A DNA stretch of 63,008 bases, filler included, from Peribolospora baueri (GCA_029717555.1; 3 parts of 3 records of this genome joined end to end with filler, not necessarily neighbours in it), one strand, 5' to 3'. Counted from the whole stretch's first letter, positions 40,183 to 52,214 are shown. Made by a program: numbers and translations. Notes: generated from the letters alone by a model not told the origin.

Positions 40183-41994
40183 TCACTCCTTTCGACACTT
40201 GTACGTCACCCTCGGCACGGCTGAAGCCACGATCCTCGCCACCCCCTCCTCGACGAGATCCCGGGCTACTAGCTGGACGTCCTTGTAAGCCTCTGGCGCC
40301 TCCTCCCATACCAGCTCCTTTTGCTCGCATACCAGGTACCCTCCTAAACCGCCGCTCGTGTCGCCGCCTGTTCGAGACGTCGCTTTACCTTGTCTGTGTG
40401 ACCGGGTGCCGTCTTCCGAATCGAGACTGCCGCCCTTCTTCGACATGTTCGATCGTCCCGAGCTCGCCTCCTTCCGCTCACCTTTCGTCCTCGCCTGAGC
40501 GCGCGTCAGCGACCGACCCGCACCGTGCGCCAGAGACCAAGCGTTCGCCCGTCCCCAGGATGTGGCGGCCGTATGGATCGGAGCGAGGAAGATCGTCTTG
40601 GTGCCACGCGAGCCAGGTAGCGGCAACAAGGCCAAAGGGGCAGATGTCACCGCGTCGAGAGTGGGCGCCGCTCCTTTGCGATGGACAAAGTATGGGCCTC
40701 CTCCGCTTGGGGGCACAGACGGGATAGATGAGCCGGCCGGAGGCTCCTCCGCAGGCTCGTCTGGCGGCCAGGCGATGCGCGTCACGTTATTGTGCCAGAT
40801 GTCGAGGATTTTGCGCCGCTGGAGTCCTTCGCGCACGCGCCTGAGCTCAGACGCTATCGCTTCGCTGTCGGCGGCGGCGTCTTCGTCCAGACACCATTCG
40901 CCACCTTCCAGCTGAGCCAGGAACCTGGCCGCGATGGCGTCTCGGTTAGCTGCAGCCCAACGGCAACCTCGGTCGTGCAGGGCAAGGTAGTCCTCGCATT
41001 TTTGCCGATCCTCGTCCCAGGAGAGCGTCACAGCATCGCCTTGCGATGCGAGGATGTGCTGACCGAAAGACCTGGAACCGGAATGGACCAACAGGATGAC
41101 ATCGCCGACGGCGAAGGGTGTCGGACGGTCTTCGTCGTCGTCTCCAGAGGCCGTCACCTCGCCCACGTCGTCGACGACTTGGACCTCCAGGAAATGGTTT
41201 CCCCGCCCTATGCTCCCCAGCTGGACGTCCCACTCGTCTCCCGCTGCAGCATCGTCAAAGGCCAACCACGCCGCCCTGGCCTCCTTCGAGAGCCACGCGC
41301 CCTCGAGGCCGCGGAGGCGCTCGGCCATCTTGCGCGCGTTCCCGCCCAACACCTCGCCCGTTCTCTCGTCCCGTTCCACCGAAACGTCGCGCTCCCGGAG
41401 GCGAGTACGGTAGACAGCCATGCCGCAACCGACGTCGCCGCCGATGAGGGGCGGGTGGAGGTGGCGGTGGGATACGAACGCGCAGCCGATGGGGAACTTG
41501 TTGCCCGGGTGCAAGTCCGGCAGGCCGACGGCCGAAACGATGCCGGGCAGGCTCGCGGCGACTCGGAGCTGTTGGACCGCGTCGGGCTCCACGAGCGAAT
41601 GGACCGACAGGACGCGCGTTCGCTCCGCGGCGTCTCGTTCAGCGGCGGCGGCGGTGGTGAGCGTCGTCTTCGCGGGCCCATCTGGCCCTCCCACCACGTC
41701 GTTCTCCTCTCCCGCGCCATCATCCCGTTCCTGTTTTCCCACATATCCCTCGCCGCGCGACACATACACCCCTACGCCGTCCTCGAGCGCCGCTGCGACG
41801 TCCGCCGACTCGCGCAGCTCTCGCCCGCCGCGGAGGAAGAGCCGGCTGGGACGCTTCGCTCGCAGCTTTTTGGCCGCGAGCTTGAGGACCTCGGCTCTCA
41901 GGTCGGGTTGGGCGGGCGCGGCGGTCTGGAGGAGGACGACGGTCCGGTTGGACTGTTGGGCGTTGAGGACAAGGGTGACGCGGACGGAGGGCAT
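40183..41994 (-). CDS. rtcB: RtcB-family RNA ligase of the PrfH-coupled (RtcB2) type with N-terminal DCX/ubiquitin-like domain, intronless
   Basis: LPDLHPG, LIGGDVGCGM, LGSIGRGNHF, VHSGSR, DIWHN, HRKGAAP, LPGSRG, SLAHGAGR, EEAPEAYK and a C-terminal TYK. Confidence 0.9.
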   Translation of the reverse strand: MPSVRVTLVLNAQQSNRTVVLLQTAAPAQPDLRAEVLKLAAKKLRAKRPSRLFLRGGRELRESADVAAALEDGVGVYVSRGEGYVGKQERDDGAGEENDVVGGPDGPAKTTLTTAAAAERDAAERTRVLSVHSLVEPDAVQQLRVAASLPGIVSAVGLPDLHPGNKFPIGCAFVSHRHLHPPLIGGDVGCGMAVYRTRLRERDVSVERDERTGEVLGGNARKMAERLRGLEGAWLSKEARAAWLAFDDAAAGDEWDVQLGSIGRGNHFLEVQVVDDVGEVTASGDDDEDRPTPFAVGDVILLVHSGSRSFGQHILASQGDAVTLSWDEDRQKCEDYLALHDRGCRWAAANRDAIAARFLAQLEGGEWCLDEDAAADSEAIASELRRVREGLQRRKILDIWHNNVTRIAWPPDEPAEEPPAGSSIPSVPPSGGGPYFVHRKGAAPTLDAVTSAPLALLPLPGSRGTKTIFLAPIHTAATSWGRANAWSLAHGAGRSLTRAQARTKGERKEASSGRSNMSKKGGSLDSEDGTRSHRQGKATSRTGGDTSGGLGGYLVCEQKELVWEEAPEAYKDVQLVARDLVEEGVARIVASAVPRVTYKCRKE

Positions 41995-42317
41995 GACGTC
42001 AACGCAGTGAGGCTGAGCTAGTTGCGTCCGTGGGAGCGAGCGGCGGCAACTGTATGCAGGCTACTTAAGTGCTCTGTCTCTCTCGTCCCGCCAAGCCAAA
42101 TTCCTTGAGTACTCTGGAGCAAGTCAGGCCAAGTCAGACAGACGAAGTCATGGTATGATGGGTGCCACTGGCGTCGGCGCAATGGCCGGGACACAGGCCA
42201 GTCGCCGCAGTCGTAAGCGGCACGATCGTAGCACGAACCACCTTGTCGGTGGGGATGGATCCGTCAGGGCTCGAGTCAAGTACATCCATGACACATGAAT
42301 TAGGGCACAGGCGTATA

Positions 42318-43009
42318 CAGTCAACCCTGTCTATAAGCATAAGAGTTGTATAGCCCGAGTGCTATGCAGTATGCGGGAGGTTGACTACCCAGAGGGGTCT
42401 ATGCATATTTGCCGCAGTCGTTGCCACAGTCGATAGCGTCCATCAAGACATGAATTCCAAGCTTTACTATAGAGTATGTACACGTAATAACACAACCATG
42501 TTCAAGAAGAAGCGTGTGCAGAAAAGAACTGTCGAAGATCGGTTTGTTTACGCTGCTCGTTGACATGTTCTTTGAAAGAGATGGTGAAACGCGGACAAGC
42601 ACCCACGTGTAGTAATGTTAGAACTGACGGTGGATGGACGAAAGTGGATGTTACTGGTTCGTTATTGTTAAGAGAGCATACAAAGAGGAAAACCGCAGAG
42701 GTAGAGGAAGACGGGGCAGAACTAGGCCGCAGTAACACAGTTTGCCTACATAGTCATGTCCGCTTTCAGCCGCGTAACCACGGTACACGTGACCCTCAAC
42801 CCTAACTATGCATGCCGAGGGTGCATACCTGGTAAGGACGGCACCGGTGCCAGTGCTTGCAATATCCGGGTATGTTTAGTATGCATATAGACCAGTGTTT
42901 TGGCTGGGATTAGTCAATTTTTGGCTGGGGACAAGCGGGAAAGGGAGATCGTTATGCACTATGCGAAGGCATACCTAGGGACCCGTATGCTAACAGACAA
43001 GTTTGACTG
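42318..43009. mobile_element. Non-autonomous pogo/Tc1-mariner-type element
   Basis: TA|CAGTCAACCCTGTCTATAAGCATA ... TATGCTAACAGACAAGTTTGACTG|TA gives imperfect TIRs with a TA target duplication. It is homologous to 50452-52214. Confidence 0.85.
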
Positions 43010-43394
43010 TAGTACAACGTTCGCAACATCGGCATACAGCTACAGCTCGCGGACGGCGGATCGAGAAGAACATGCCGGGCGTCGAGGTTGGTATATGACC
43101 TCCGAGGAAAACTACGAATAAACGAGCGTGGAATATGGCAGGGACGAGGACGAGCGATCAGCCGTAGGAGAAGGGGAAAAATGAAAGGGTCCCGTCTGTG
43201 TATCGGATTCCGTTCGTGTATCGGGGCTCCGTCCACGTATCGGGAGGCCATGGAGCTCGATGGAAGCGAAAGACGTACTCCCAGCCGGAGCCAAGGAGGA
43301 CGAAGGAAGGAGGGTTTCCAGGTCTAAGCATGGCCCAGGCCGGAGCCATACAGCCACGTGCCTTCCTTGGAGTTGCATTCGCCGTGCTTCGCGG

Positions 43395-44521
43395 TCACTT
43401 GGTTTTCTTCGAGCCCGTCGCCTTGGAGCCGCCGTTGTCGTCCACCTCGGGCGTCTGCGTCTCCGTCGTGACGACTGCCTGTTCTCCGTGACCGCCCTCC
43501 CTCTCGCGCTGCTCCTGCTCGAGTTGCTCCGGGAGTTTGAACCCGGGCGGGATGTGGATGCCGGGCACGCCCTGCCGGATGTTCTCTTCTCCGCGAATGC
43601 GAAGGAATTCCTCCATCAGGTTGGCGTTGCGGCTGTTCGTCTTGAAGACCGCGACGCCGATGTCGCCTACGATGGGAACCAAGCTATACCAGGTGGTTCG
43701 CAAGTAGGAAAGGTCGACGAGCAGTCCTTCGGTCAGCGGGTCGATGTGGGCCTGACTCTTTGCGACGCACTCACCCGACGCCGATGGACACCGCGTTGTT
43801 GAAGAGCAGACGACGAAGGAGCCAATCGGGAATGCTGTACCAAGAAAAGATGCGAGCCAATGTTGTCAGAATGCGCACATCTCTGCTCGCCAAGAATTCA
43901 CCCGCGTCCGCCACTCACCCGACCTCCTTGCACAGCTTGACGACTAGAGTATAATTGAGCGTGGCGTCCGCGATGTCCCCTACAAAAGGGATGAGGCCGA
44001 TGAGCGCCGTCCAGCCGAAGCGAAAGCCGCAGATGTTGAAGCCCTTGTCGAGGTAGTGTGCTCGACGCTTGATCTTCTTGAGTAGCTTGGCGTCCTTCTT
44101 CGACCTGGTGGCGTGAACAGGTCAGAAGGGCAAGCATGCACAGGAACGGGACGACGCGCTAGAGATGCACTCACAGTCCAGGTGGCACCTCGCGCTAAGC
44201 GACACCAGACGAGGTTTGCAAAGATGCACAATCAGCAATGGTCCAGGGCACAACGTGACCGCCAGTCGAGCGTCGCCGGCTCACCCGTCTCCTCTTCTTG
44301 CGTCCCTTGGTGTCGGTGTACTCCTCATAGTACGGATCCTGAGGTTCGTACTGCGCGAAATGCCTCTCAAGAACCTGGCAAAAGCAGTGGCGAGGGTGAC
44401 GAATGGCGAACACAGGAGAAGAAACCGATGTCAGGACATCGGCGCGTGCTTGCAATGTCAGCCGGGGTCATGCGGGTCGACGCACCTTCCTGGCGGCCTT
44501 GCCTCCGATAGAGCTGGTCAT
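43395..44521 (-). CDS. DUF4112 domain protein (multi-exon)
   Basis: QYEPQDPYYEEY, KRRAHYLDKGFNICGFRFGWTALIGLIPFVGDIADA and PIVGDIGVAVFKTNSRNANLMEEFL. Confidence 0.8.
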
Positions 44522-45402
44522 ATTTACTTGCCCGCTATCAGGTCACTCTCGGTTAAGAGGAAAGCGCGTGGAGCGTTCCTTCGACGTCTATGCAGATAGG
44601 AAGGATAGGATGGTGGGAAGGAAGGACAGAAGGTTGCCGTCGTCGCCCCCCTTTGTCCCCGCTCGGTTGCCTGATCGTGTCCCAGCTATGACGTCCGATC
44701 GCGCAAGTGTCGACTGCGGCCAGCAGCGCACGACGTCCTTCCAAGGAAAGCGTTGCTTTCGAACGTTCACAGGGAGCAGGGAACGTGAATGATGGCAGCA
44801 AACACCGGCACGGAGGGCGACATGCGAACGACCGTCTCAGTTGCCGTGCCCTGCCTGCTTCGTTCGGCGGAACGGTGGACACCCCGTCAATCCTCTAGGC
44901 GTGACGAGACTACGTACATACGTGAGAGAACACGCATCGCACCTTGCCTCAGCGCAAGTCCGAGTCTAGGCGAAAACCATTCGCTCTCTAAGAAGGTGGC
45001 ATGCTAGTGACGGGCGTATCGTAGTTTTGTAGATTCGCCGTCAGCTGTGGAGAAACGGCCGCCCGGTCCGTGAGAAGGCGACGCTCGCCCGGCCAAACGA
45101 CCGTGAATGTACAATTTGGCGTGCGTTTACACACCATGAGCGTGGCGAGCGCCCAGCATGAACATCAACTCCAAGGTGGCACGCCGAGGCGCCAATATAG
45201 TCATCACCGGTATGTGGTAAGAGGACACACAGCCCACGACTCACGACGTTGGGTTGGAAGACTCGTCGTCCATCTCGCACGACCGTCGATCGCTGCGGCC
45301 GCGTCCGCAGAGCAGCGCTAGCTCAACCGTCATCTCAATCACACACGCTCACCGACCCGCAAACGAATCGAAAGGCCAGTGCAAGTGAAGGAAGGAAAGA
45401 AG

Positions 45403-46735
45403 ATGAACGACACGCTGGGAGCGATATTGGCCATCTTGGTCATTTGGCTGGTGATCAAGTTCGCTTTCGGTGAGTGTCCACTCGAAGCGTCTGGCGAGCA
45501 GGAAAGGAGGAGAAGAGGATGGCTGTGCGCCAGGGGTGATGGAGACGAAGCTGGGAGATCACTGGAGGAGGAAGAGCCATGATGAACGAGCTAGCTGCCT
45601 GGCGATGGCGACCGTGAAGGCTGTAGACTGAACGAGCTTGCCTCGACCCTCTTTCCCGCCCGCACGCTTCCGAACGAACTCTTTTTGCGGACCGCATTCC
45701 ACCTCTAGGCGGCGGCCAGTCCCCGTCGGACAGTTCTCGACCAGCGACGGCCGGCGCTCCGGGGACTGGAATGCTTGCTCAGCGGATGCGGCCGGTGTCG
45801 CAGGAGATGGTGAGAGGAGGCTATCTGCTCGTCTCCGCTCACATTGGACAGCGCCATCCATTTTCGCTCGAACGGGATCTCGGTGGAGGACGGGCGACTG
45901 ATGCCTCCTCTTTCCCTCGTTCGTGCTGATTTCCCATACTAGGTCGACACCGTCCAAGCCATGTTCCCACACATTCCCGCCGCCTCCATCCGGTATGACC
46001 TGCAACGCACAGGAAGTGTGGAGGTGACGTGCGATCACATCTTGCGCGAGGGTGCTCTGCCGCCGGTGAGTGGGAGGAAGGAAAACGGCCAAGACTGAAG
46101 TACGGACGGTCGCATATGAGGGCGCAGAGAATCTCACATGCGATCGCCTCGGCACTACCCTTGTTCTCCTTTTTCTATCGTGCTTGTCTGCCTGCACATG
46201 CCTCGTCGACAGCCACCAGCAGGCCTGTTCGCAGACGCCAACCCGGCTCCCCAACCACCCACCACTGCAGGCCCCTCCACATCTTCTCCCGGCAGCGGCT
46301 CCGTCACCTCCTCCAGTCTCATCTCTCGCCTCCACCTCGAGTCGCGACTGTCGGCAGGCCCCGACACCGCTTCCTCTTCTAACGACGCGGACCACGGGGC
46401 GGCCCTCTCCGGCGCCGAGGGCAAGGGCAAGGGCGTCGATCGGGGCGTGGTTGGCTGGGCGGAGAGTGCGAAAGAAAGGGAGGCGGCGCTCAAGGAGAGG
46501 AAGGCGAAGATGGTGTTGGAGGCTAGGAGGTGCGTGCACGGGGAGCGAGCCATTCCTTCCCGGTCGCTCCCCTTTCCCTCCCACCTCGTTGGCCATTCAA
46601 CTGTCGAGACTGGAACAGCTCAGCTCACCCGCTCTCCTATGTCTTCCCTTCTCCAGAAAGCTGCTGGAGAAACAGGAGCGACGACGATCGACGGAGGAGG
46701 TGCGACAGTCGGACGAAGGTTCGTACATTAGCTGA
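45403..46735 (+). CDS. CUE1: Cue1/Cue4-like ER-anchored CUE domain protein (multi-exon)
   Basis: N-terminal TM LAILVIWLVIKF, CUE domain VDTVQAMFPHIPAASIRYDLQRTGSVE, and Ubc7-binding-like GWAESAKEREAALKERKAKMVLEARRK. Confidence 0.75.
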
Positions 46736-47838
46736 TGGTTCGTGCCTGCCTGTGCACTTGTACTTGAGGTGGAAGGCACGTGCGTTCGACTCTACTGGCG
46801 TTCGGTACGGTGTCCTGTATGTGTGTACGAGTGAGATGTCGTCGTTGGGCCAGCCGGGCCATCGACGTCCTTATTATAAAGGAAGACGGTGCTGTATCGT
46901 CGTCGCATGCCCTTGCCGTCGCCCTGCCACCAGAAGGAGGGCGGCCCGGCGTCGGCCAGACGTAATTCATTCGTATTTACGACTTGCGGGCGCGGCCACC
47001 AAGCTTTGTCGTGGTCCCACTGCGAGCGATGAGTGGGCGCTAGCCCGTCCATCCCTCGCTCATGTCGTAGTCGTACGCCGGGCTGCTTTTCGCTTCCTCT
47101 CGTCTGCGTTCGCCCTCGCTCGCCGTCCCGAAAGTTCGTCGTCGTCTGCCTCCCGTCCGTTCCCGATCGCGTCCGACTTTAACCTCGCGTCGATCGACCG
47201 TCGAGATTTCTTTCTTTTTCCTTCCACCACCCCCGCGAGCGATGAACATCAACCGGCCAGGCGATCTTCATCCCCGGCCCTCACTGCCTCTCCATCGCTC
47301 CCACCGGCGCCGCCCGCTTGACTGTCTCCTCGACGCTCGTTGGTGAACCAGCCTGCCTGCCTGCCGACCTTCTCCTCCGTCGCCCTTCTTCTCACGGCGC
47401 GCAAATTCCGTCCGCCTCATTTTCTTTCGCCTCAGCCGACCGACCGACTACGCCTACGCCCTTCCCCCGGCCACACAGCGTCCGTTGGCGAGCGTCGATT
47501 ATTCTGTCCACTCGTCCTTGTTCAACCATCTCGGGCCTTCTTCCCCGGGTGACATGTACCCAGCGCGTTCGACACGCCAGTGACCGACCGCACCGTCCGC
47601 ACCGCCGTCGCCCATCCTTTCGCGCTTCACGACACCCCGTCCCGCTCGCTCCCTCCATCGCGGTAGGTCGAATCGCGCGCAAACAGTGACTTGACTTGTG
47701 GCGGTGGTGGTAATTTTGGTGTGAGCCCAACACGGACAGCGACGGACGGTAACGTCTCGGTCTCGCCACCCGTCTCTCTGCTGTTGAGGAAAGGCAACGC
47801 GCCGTGGAAGGGAAAAAAAAAAAAAAAAAAAAAAAAAA

Positions 47839-47938
47839 NNNNNNNNNNNNNNNNNNNNNNNNNNNNNNNNNNNNNNNNNNNNTTAATTAATTAANNNNNN
47901 NNNNNNNNNNNNNNNNNNNNNNNNNNNNNNNNNNNNNN
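47839..47938. other. Assembly gap with artificial TTAATTAATTAA spacer
   Basis: N-run flanked by poly-A tracts. Confidence 0.98.
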
Positions 47939-47951
47939 AAAAAGGGGAGAG

Positions 47952-47995
<44 letters not shown>

Positions 47996-48055
47996 GAAAA
48001 TAAAATGGGTCGGAAATCGGAAACGGAGGGCAAAGGCGACCGGGGACGAGCTCAC

Positions 48056-49669
48056 CTTCTTGATGCAGCCCAGCAGCTCTCCGTTGCGCGCCAGTTCCAA
48101 CACAAAGTCTGAATAGCCGGGCGGGGAGTAAGGCGGGGGTAAAAGTGAGCGGACGCCGGAAGAGCGAACGGACAATGAACTCACAGAGGCTATCGTGGTC
48201 CTGAAATGTCCAATAGAGCCTAATGATGCCAGGATGTCGATTAAGGAGACTCAACGCCGTCTTCTCAACGTTGACGTATTTCTGCTTCTTTTCCTTGAGG
48301 ATATGTACCTTGTCGAGCACCTTGATCGCGTACGCCCTGCGCGTCGGCGGGGCTGACGGATCTGACGGGTTCATCGTTGGTCGCGCCACGAGGTCGAAGG
48401 CTTCCATGACCTGTTCGTGGGGCAGGCGCCGGGAAGGGAACACAGGGGAGGATCATGCTCGGATGAGTAGGGTCGACGAAATGACACGGCCCGGTGGAGC
48501 CCACTCACGGTGCTATAGCTCCCCTCTCCCAACGTCTCGCCAAACTCGAAATCCTTCGGTCCTCGAGCGAGCCTCGACTGCTGCGGTATGGCGGGGGCAG
48601 TCTGGCCGGTCAAGCTCGAGCGGGTGCTCGAAGGGGTCGAAATGGGAGCGTTGGCGTTGGCGTTGGCGGAAGGCGTAGCGCAGGGCATGGTCCGCGCGTG
48701 TTGACCGGCAATGGCCGCCAAGACAGGATTGACGCCGGTGTGCCTGCGAGCGTCCAAGTCTGTGCCGCGCTTCGGAGGAGGAGGGGCCGGCAAGTCTGCG
48801 TCTGCGACGATGCCCGCGGCCGCCGCTTGCGCGACAGCGACGGACCCCAAAGTAGGTGGGCCTCGGACGGTGGATCCGGAAGACGAAAAGGTCGGCGCGG
48901 GCGAGGTAGGCGGCTCGGTTTCAGCGGTGGGCGAGGGACATGGCCGGGCGGCGACGCTGTGGGCCTGAAGCTGACGAAGGGACTTTACGCTGAGCTTGCG
49001 ACGTTGCCTTGGCGGGGGCGGGGGCGGAGGCTTGGACGAGTACCGATCGTCCTCGCTCTCCTCTTCCTGGGAGGCCACGGCGCTGCCTCCGTCCTCGGCG
49101 GCGAAGACGGCGGGCAGAGCGGCGTCGTGATCGCCGGGTGTCGGCAGCGGCGGGGGCGCAAAGGAGTCGGTCCAGCGGCCCTGGAGGGCGGTGACCGGGT
49201 CGGACTTTATCGTGGCAGGCCTGCCCTGACGGGCGGAGCGCGGATCGACCAAGGAGGCGGCGGTCTGCGCGCGTGGGGCGTCGCGGCCGTTGGCGGCGGC
49301 GATGGTGCGCCTTCCGCCGTGAAGGCCTGGCAAGCTGGCGGCTAAGCGACTCCAGGATCCGAAAGGCTGTCTGACGGGGTTGCGGAAGGGGACGGCCTCT
49401 ACGCTGGAGGAGGAGGAGGCGGAGGAGACGGAGATGTTGCGGGAGAGCGAGGCGGCGCCATCGGCTGAGGAGGCCGAGGAGGAAGGGTGTCCGAGGCCAA
49501 CGGCGCCGGCAGCGGGGGCGGCGGGGGCAGAGGCGGTGGAGGCGGCCGAGGAGAAGGAGTGGGTGGAGTTGGGGGAGAGCAAAGCGGGCGAGGAGGTAGA
49601 AGCAGGAGAGACGGAGCCGGAGTCGTCGTTGAGCGAGGGACGAGAGGAAGCGGTGGCGGTGGTGGACAT
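48056..49669 (-). CDS. PDK1/Pkh/Ksg1-family AGC kinase, 5' part; interrupted by the assembly gap
   Basis: KDFEFGETLGEGSYSTV, YAIKVLDK.HILKEKKQKYVNVEK, HPGIIRLYWTFQD and FVLELARNGELL. Confidence 0.88.
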
Positions 49670-50451
49670 GGTGGTGGAGCAGCGGCGATGTTAACGCCGG
49701 AGGTCTCCGCGGTGGTGAGCCAGCGCAGAGGGTGCGGTGAGCTTGAATGAGAGAAGAGAGAGGGCAAGGACGAGGAGACGTGAGCGGGCGAAGGTGGGTC
49801 GACTTGGACGCTTCCACCTTCACTCCACCCCCCCACACGGAGACCACCGAGACAGGGCTGCTCACGTTCGGTCCGGGAAAAAAAGAGGACACGTCTTCAA
49901 ACGACCGACGGCCGAAAGCAGCAACGATGGCTGGTCGGCGGAAACGACGTGACGGACGGTTGCGGGCGGTGTTGGTGACGGCGGTGGTCGCCGGCGCCGC
50001 CGTCGTTGTCAAGGGCCGGCGCCTGAGGCAGCACGGGCGCTCAGCGGTGGTCGGCCGTCCGGCTGAGCTGGCCTGGACGATTTGGCGTTGGTGGATGGAG
50101 GAGGGAGAAGAGGCGTAGCGCAAGGTGAGCGAGCGGTGGCCGTAGACGACGGGAGCGAGTCGTCGAGTCGAGCTGAGCTGAGCCGAGCTCTGTCCTGTCC
50201 TTCTGCCTGTCTTGCCCTATCTTGCCTTGTCTTGCCTTGGCTTTCCTTCGCTTGCCTTGACTTTGCTTGTCTTTGCTTGTCCTCTTTCTTCTCTTCTCTT
50301 CTCTTCTCAGTCTCGTCTCCTCCCGCCCATTCCCGCTTGCGCGTCGATCTCGCCCGTCGCCGCCGCCGGTCGGGGCGCGCGCACGTGGCTCGTCGCGCCA
50401 GACACGACCCACGTGGCTCTCCCTCATTCCACGCAGGGAGAGCGAGAGCCA

Positions 50452-52214
50452 TATACTGTATGCGAGAGGTTGACTATACAGAGTGATCTATGCACAGTTG
50501 CCACAGCGCCGCAATACTTCTCTTCGCCTGCCTTCCTACAGGCCAATCCAGGCTTCCCTAATGTGAGTGGATAACGTATTGCTGCAGTGATAAGCATGCG
50601 GTGAGAGAGACTGACGATGCATTTCATTGTCTAGATGACTCAATCGAGCATCTCAAGGTGGAGGAAGCAGTACGGCACGATCAAAGTCAACGCCGGTGAT
50701 GGACAGCGTAAGCTCCAAGGCGTGCTCAAGCATCCGGAGCTAGAAGCTGCGCTCGTCTACTGGATAAACAACGGTCTTCCTCGAGGTGCCGTTTTCAGCG
50801 ACGAGCTGATGAAGGCCCAAGCAAGCAAGATATCCGACTGATTGGACATCCCCGCCGAGGAGCAGCTCATGTTCTCTAATGGTTGGGTCGAGTCTTTCAA
50901 GAAGCGGCATCAGCTACGCTCCCACGTTCTTCACGGTGAAGCAGGCTCGATTGACCGCGAGGCTGTCCCGGATGAGGTGGTCTTGCTTCAAGAAGAACGC
51001 CATAAATCGGAAAACATCGTACGCCAGCTGCGCTACATCCAAGAAGTAATTTTCATGAAGCCACGCACGGAGAAGTGGCTCAAGATGCAGCAGTATGTCA
51101 CTCAACTCAGTCGCACTTTCAAAGAACATGTCAACGAATCAGCGTAAACAAACCGATCTTCGACCTTGCCGTAGATGACATCAAATCAGGGCTGCAGGTG
51201 TTATCCGCGTCTACATCATTCAAGCTCTCATTCCACATCCTCACGCCAATATGATTGACGACCACACCATTTCCGGAGCAGTTCTCGCTTGGATTGACGG
51301 TGTTCCTACGGAAAAACTGGCCAAATTCCCAAGCGAGAAATGTGGTCGTCCAGTAAGATTGGCGTGAGGATGTGGAATGAGAGCTTGGACGATGTAGACG
51401 CGGATAACACCTGCAGCCCTGACTTGATGTCATCTTCGGCAAGGAGAGACAGAAATCTGCCCAATGGGCGAGAGATAGCGAACGAGTGAGTACAAAGATA
51501 AAATAAAAAAACGTGACGGCCCGTTTCAGCTGACCTGGTAAAGGGCCCTGAGCACAAAGTCCAGAACCTTTCTTGCTTGCGTCTTCCTCCGTGAAGAAAC
51601 GTACGCTCATCACGGCCTTCGACGAGCTGGCTTTGCCAGAGGCGTATCTCGCCGGTTCTTTTCTGCACACGCTTCTTCTTGAACATGGTTTGTGTTATGA
51701 CAAGTACATACTCTACAGTAAAGGCCTGGAATTCATGTCTTGATGGACGCTATCGACATGGCCGTCGTCGCGCTTGGGATGACGAAGATAGTCTAACACG
51801 GCGAGGCGAGCTTTTGAGCGTACGTTGCCGTATCGGGATTCTTCGGTGGTTCATCGGCAGATCCATCTTGAAGAGCAACTTGTCCGACATTCACCCAATG
51901 GATCGACGAGGTGTCCTTGGTGCGAATAGGCGGCATGATGTTTTTTGAGTGCGAGAGCAAAGACGGCGGCAGTTGGGTCCACGAGGACGCACATGACCCT
52001 CCACCCTAACTATGCATGCCGAGAGGGCATAACTGGTAGGGACGGCACCGGTGTCAGTGCTATGCAACATGCGGTAGGTTTAGTATGCATATAGACCGGT
52101 ATTTTGGCTGGGAGCAGTCCATTTTTGGCTGGGGAACAAGCGGGAAAGGGGAATCGCTATACACTATGCGAAGGCATGCTTATGGACCCGTATGCTAACA
52201 GACAGGATCGACTG
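50452..52214 (+). mobile_element. Degenerate pogo/Tigger-like transposon with CENP-B HTH remnant (50635-51147)
   Basis: TQSSISRW, HPELEAALVYW, FSNGWVESFKKRHQL..LHGEAGS with an internal stop and no DDE domain. The right TIR ..TCGACTG|TA and about 220 bp match 42790-43009. Confidence 0.85.

Noticed and set aside
35741..41994. TFIIIC subunit next to RtcB as a tRNA-processing cluster
   Set aside because: Convergent adjacency alone is not evidence of functional clustering in a fungal genome.
40792..42021. 409-aa plus-strand ORF
   Set aside because: It is the antisense shadow of the GC-rich rtcB gene and has no motifs.
46980..47838. Possible 3' part of the PDK1/Pkh kinase left of the gap
   Set aside because: No kinase or PH motifs were recognisable. 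The truncation is best explained by the assembly gap, not pseudogenisation.
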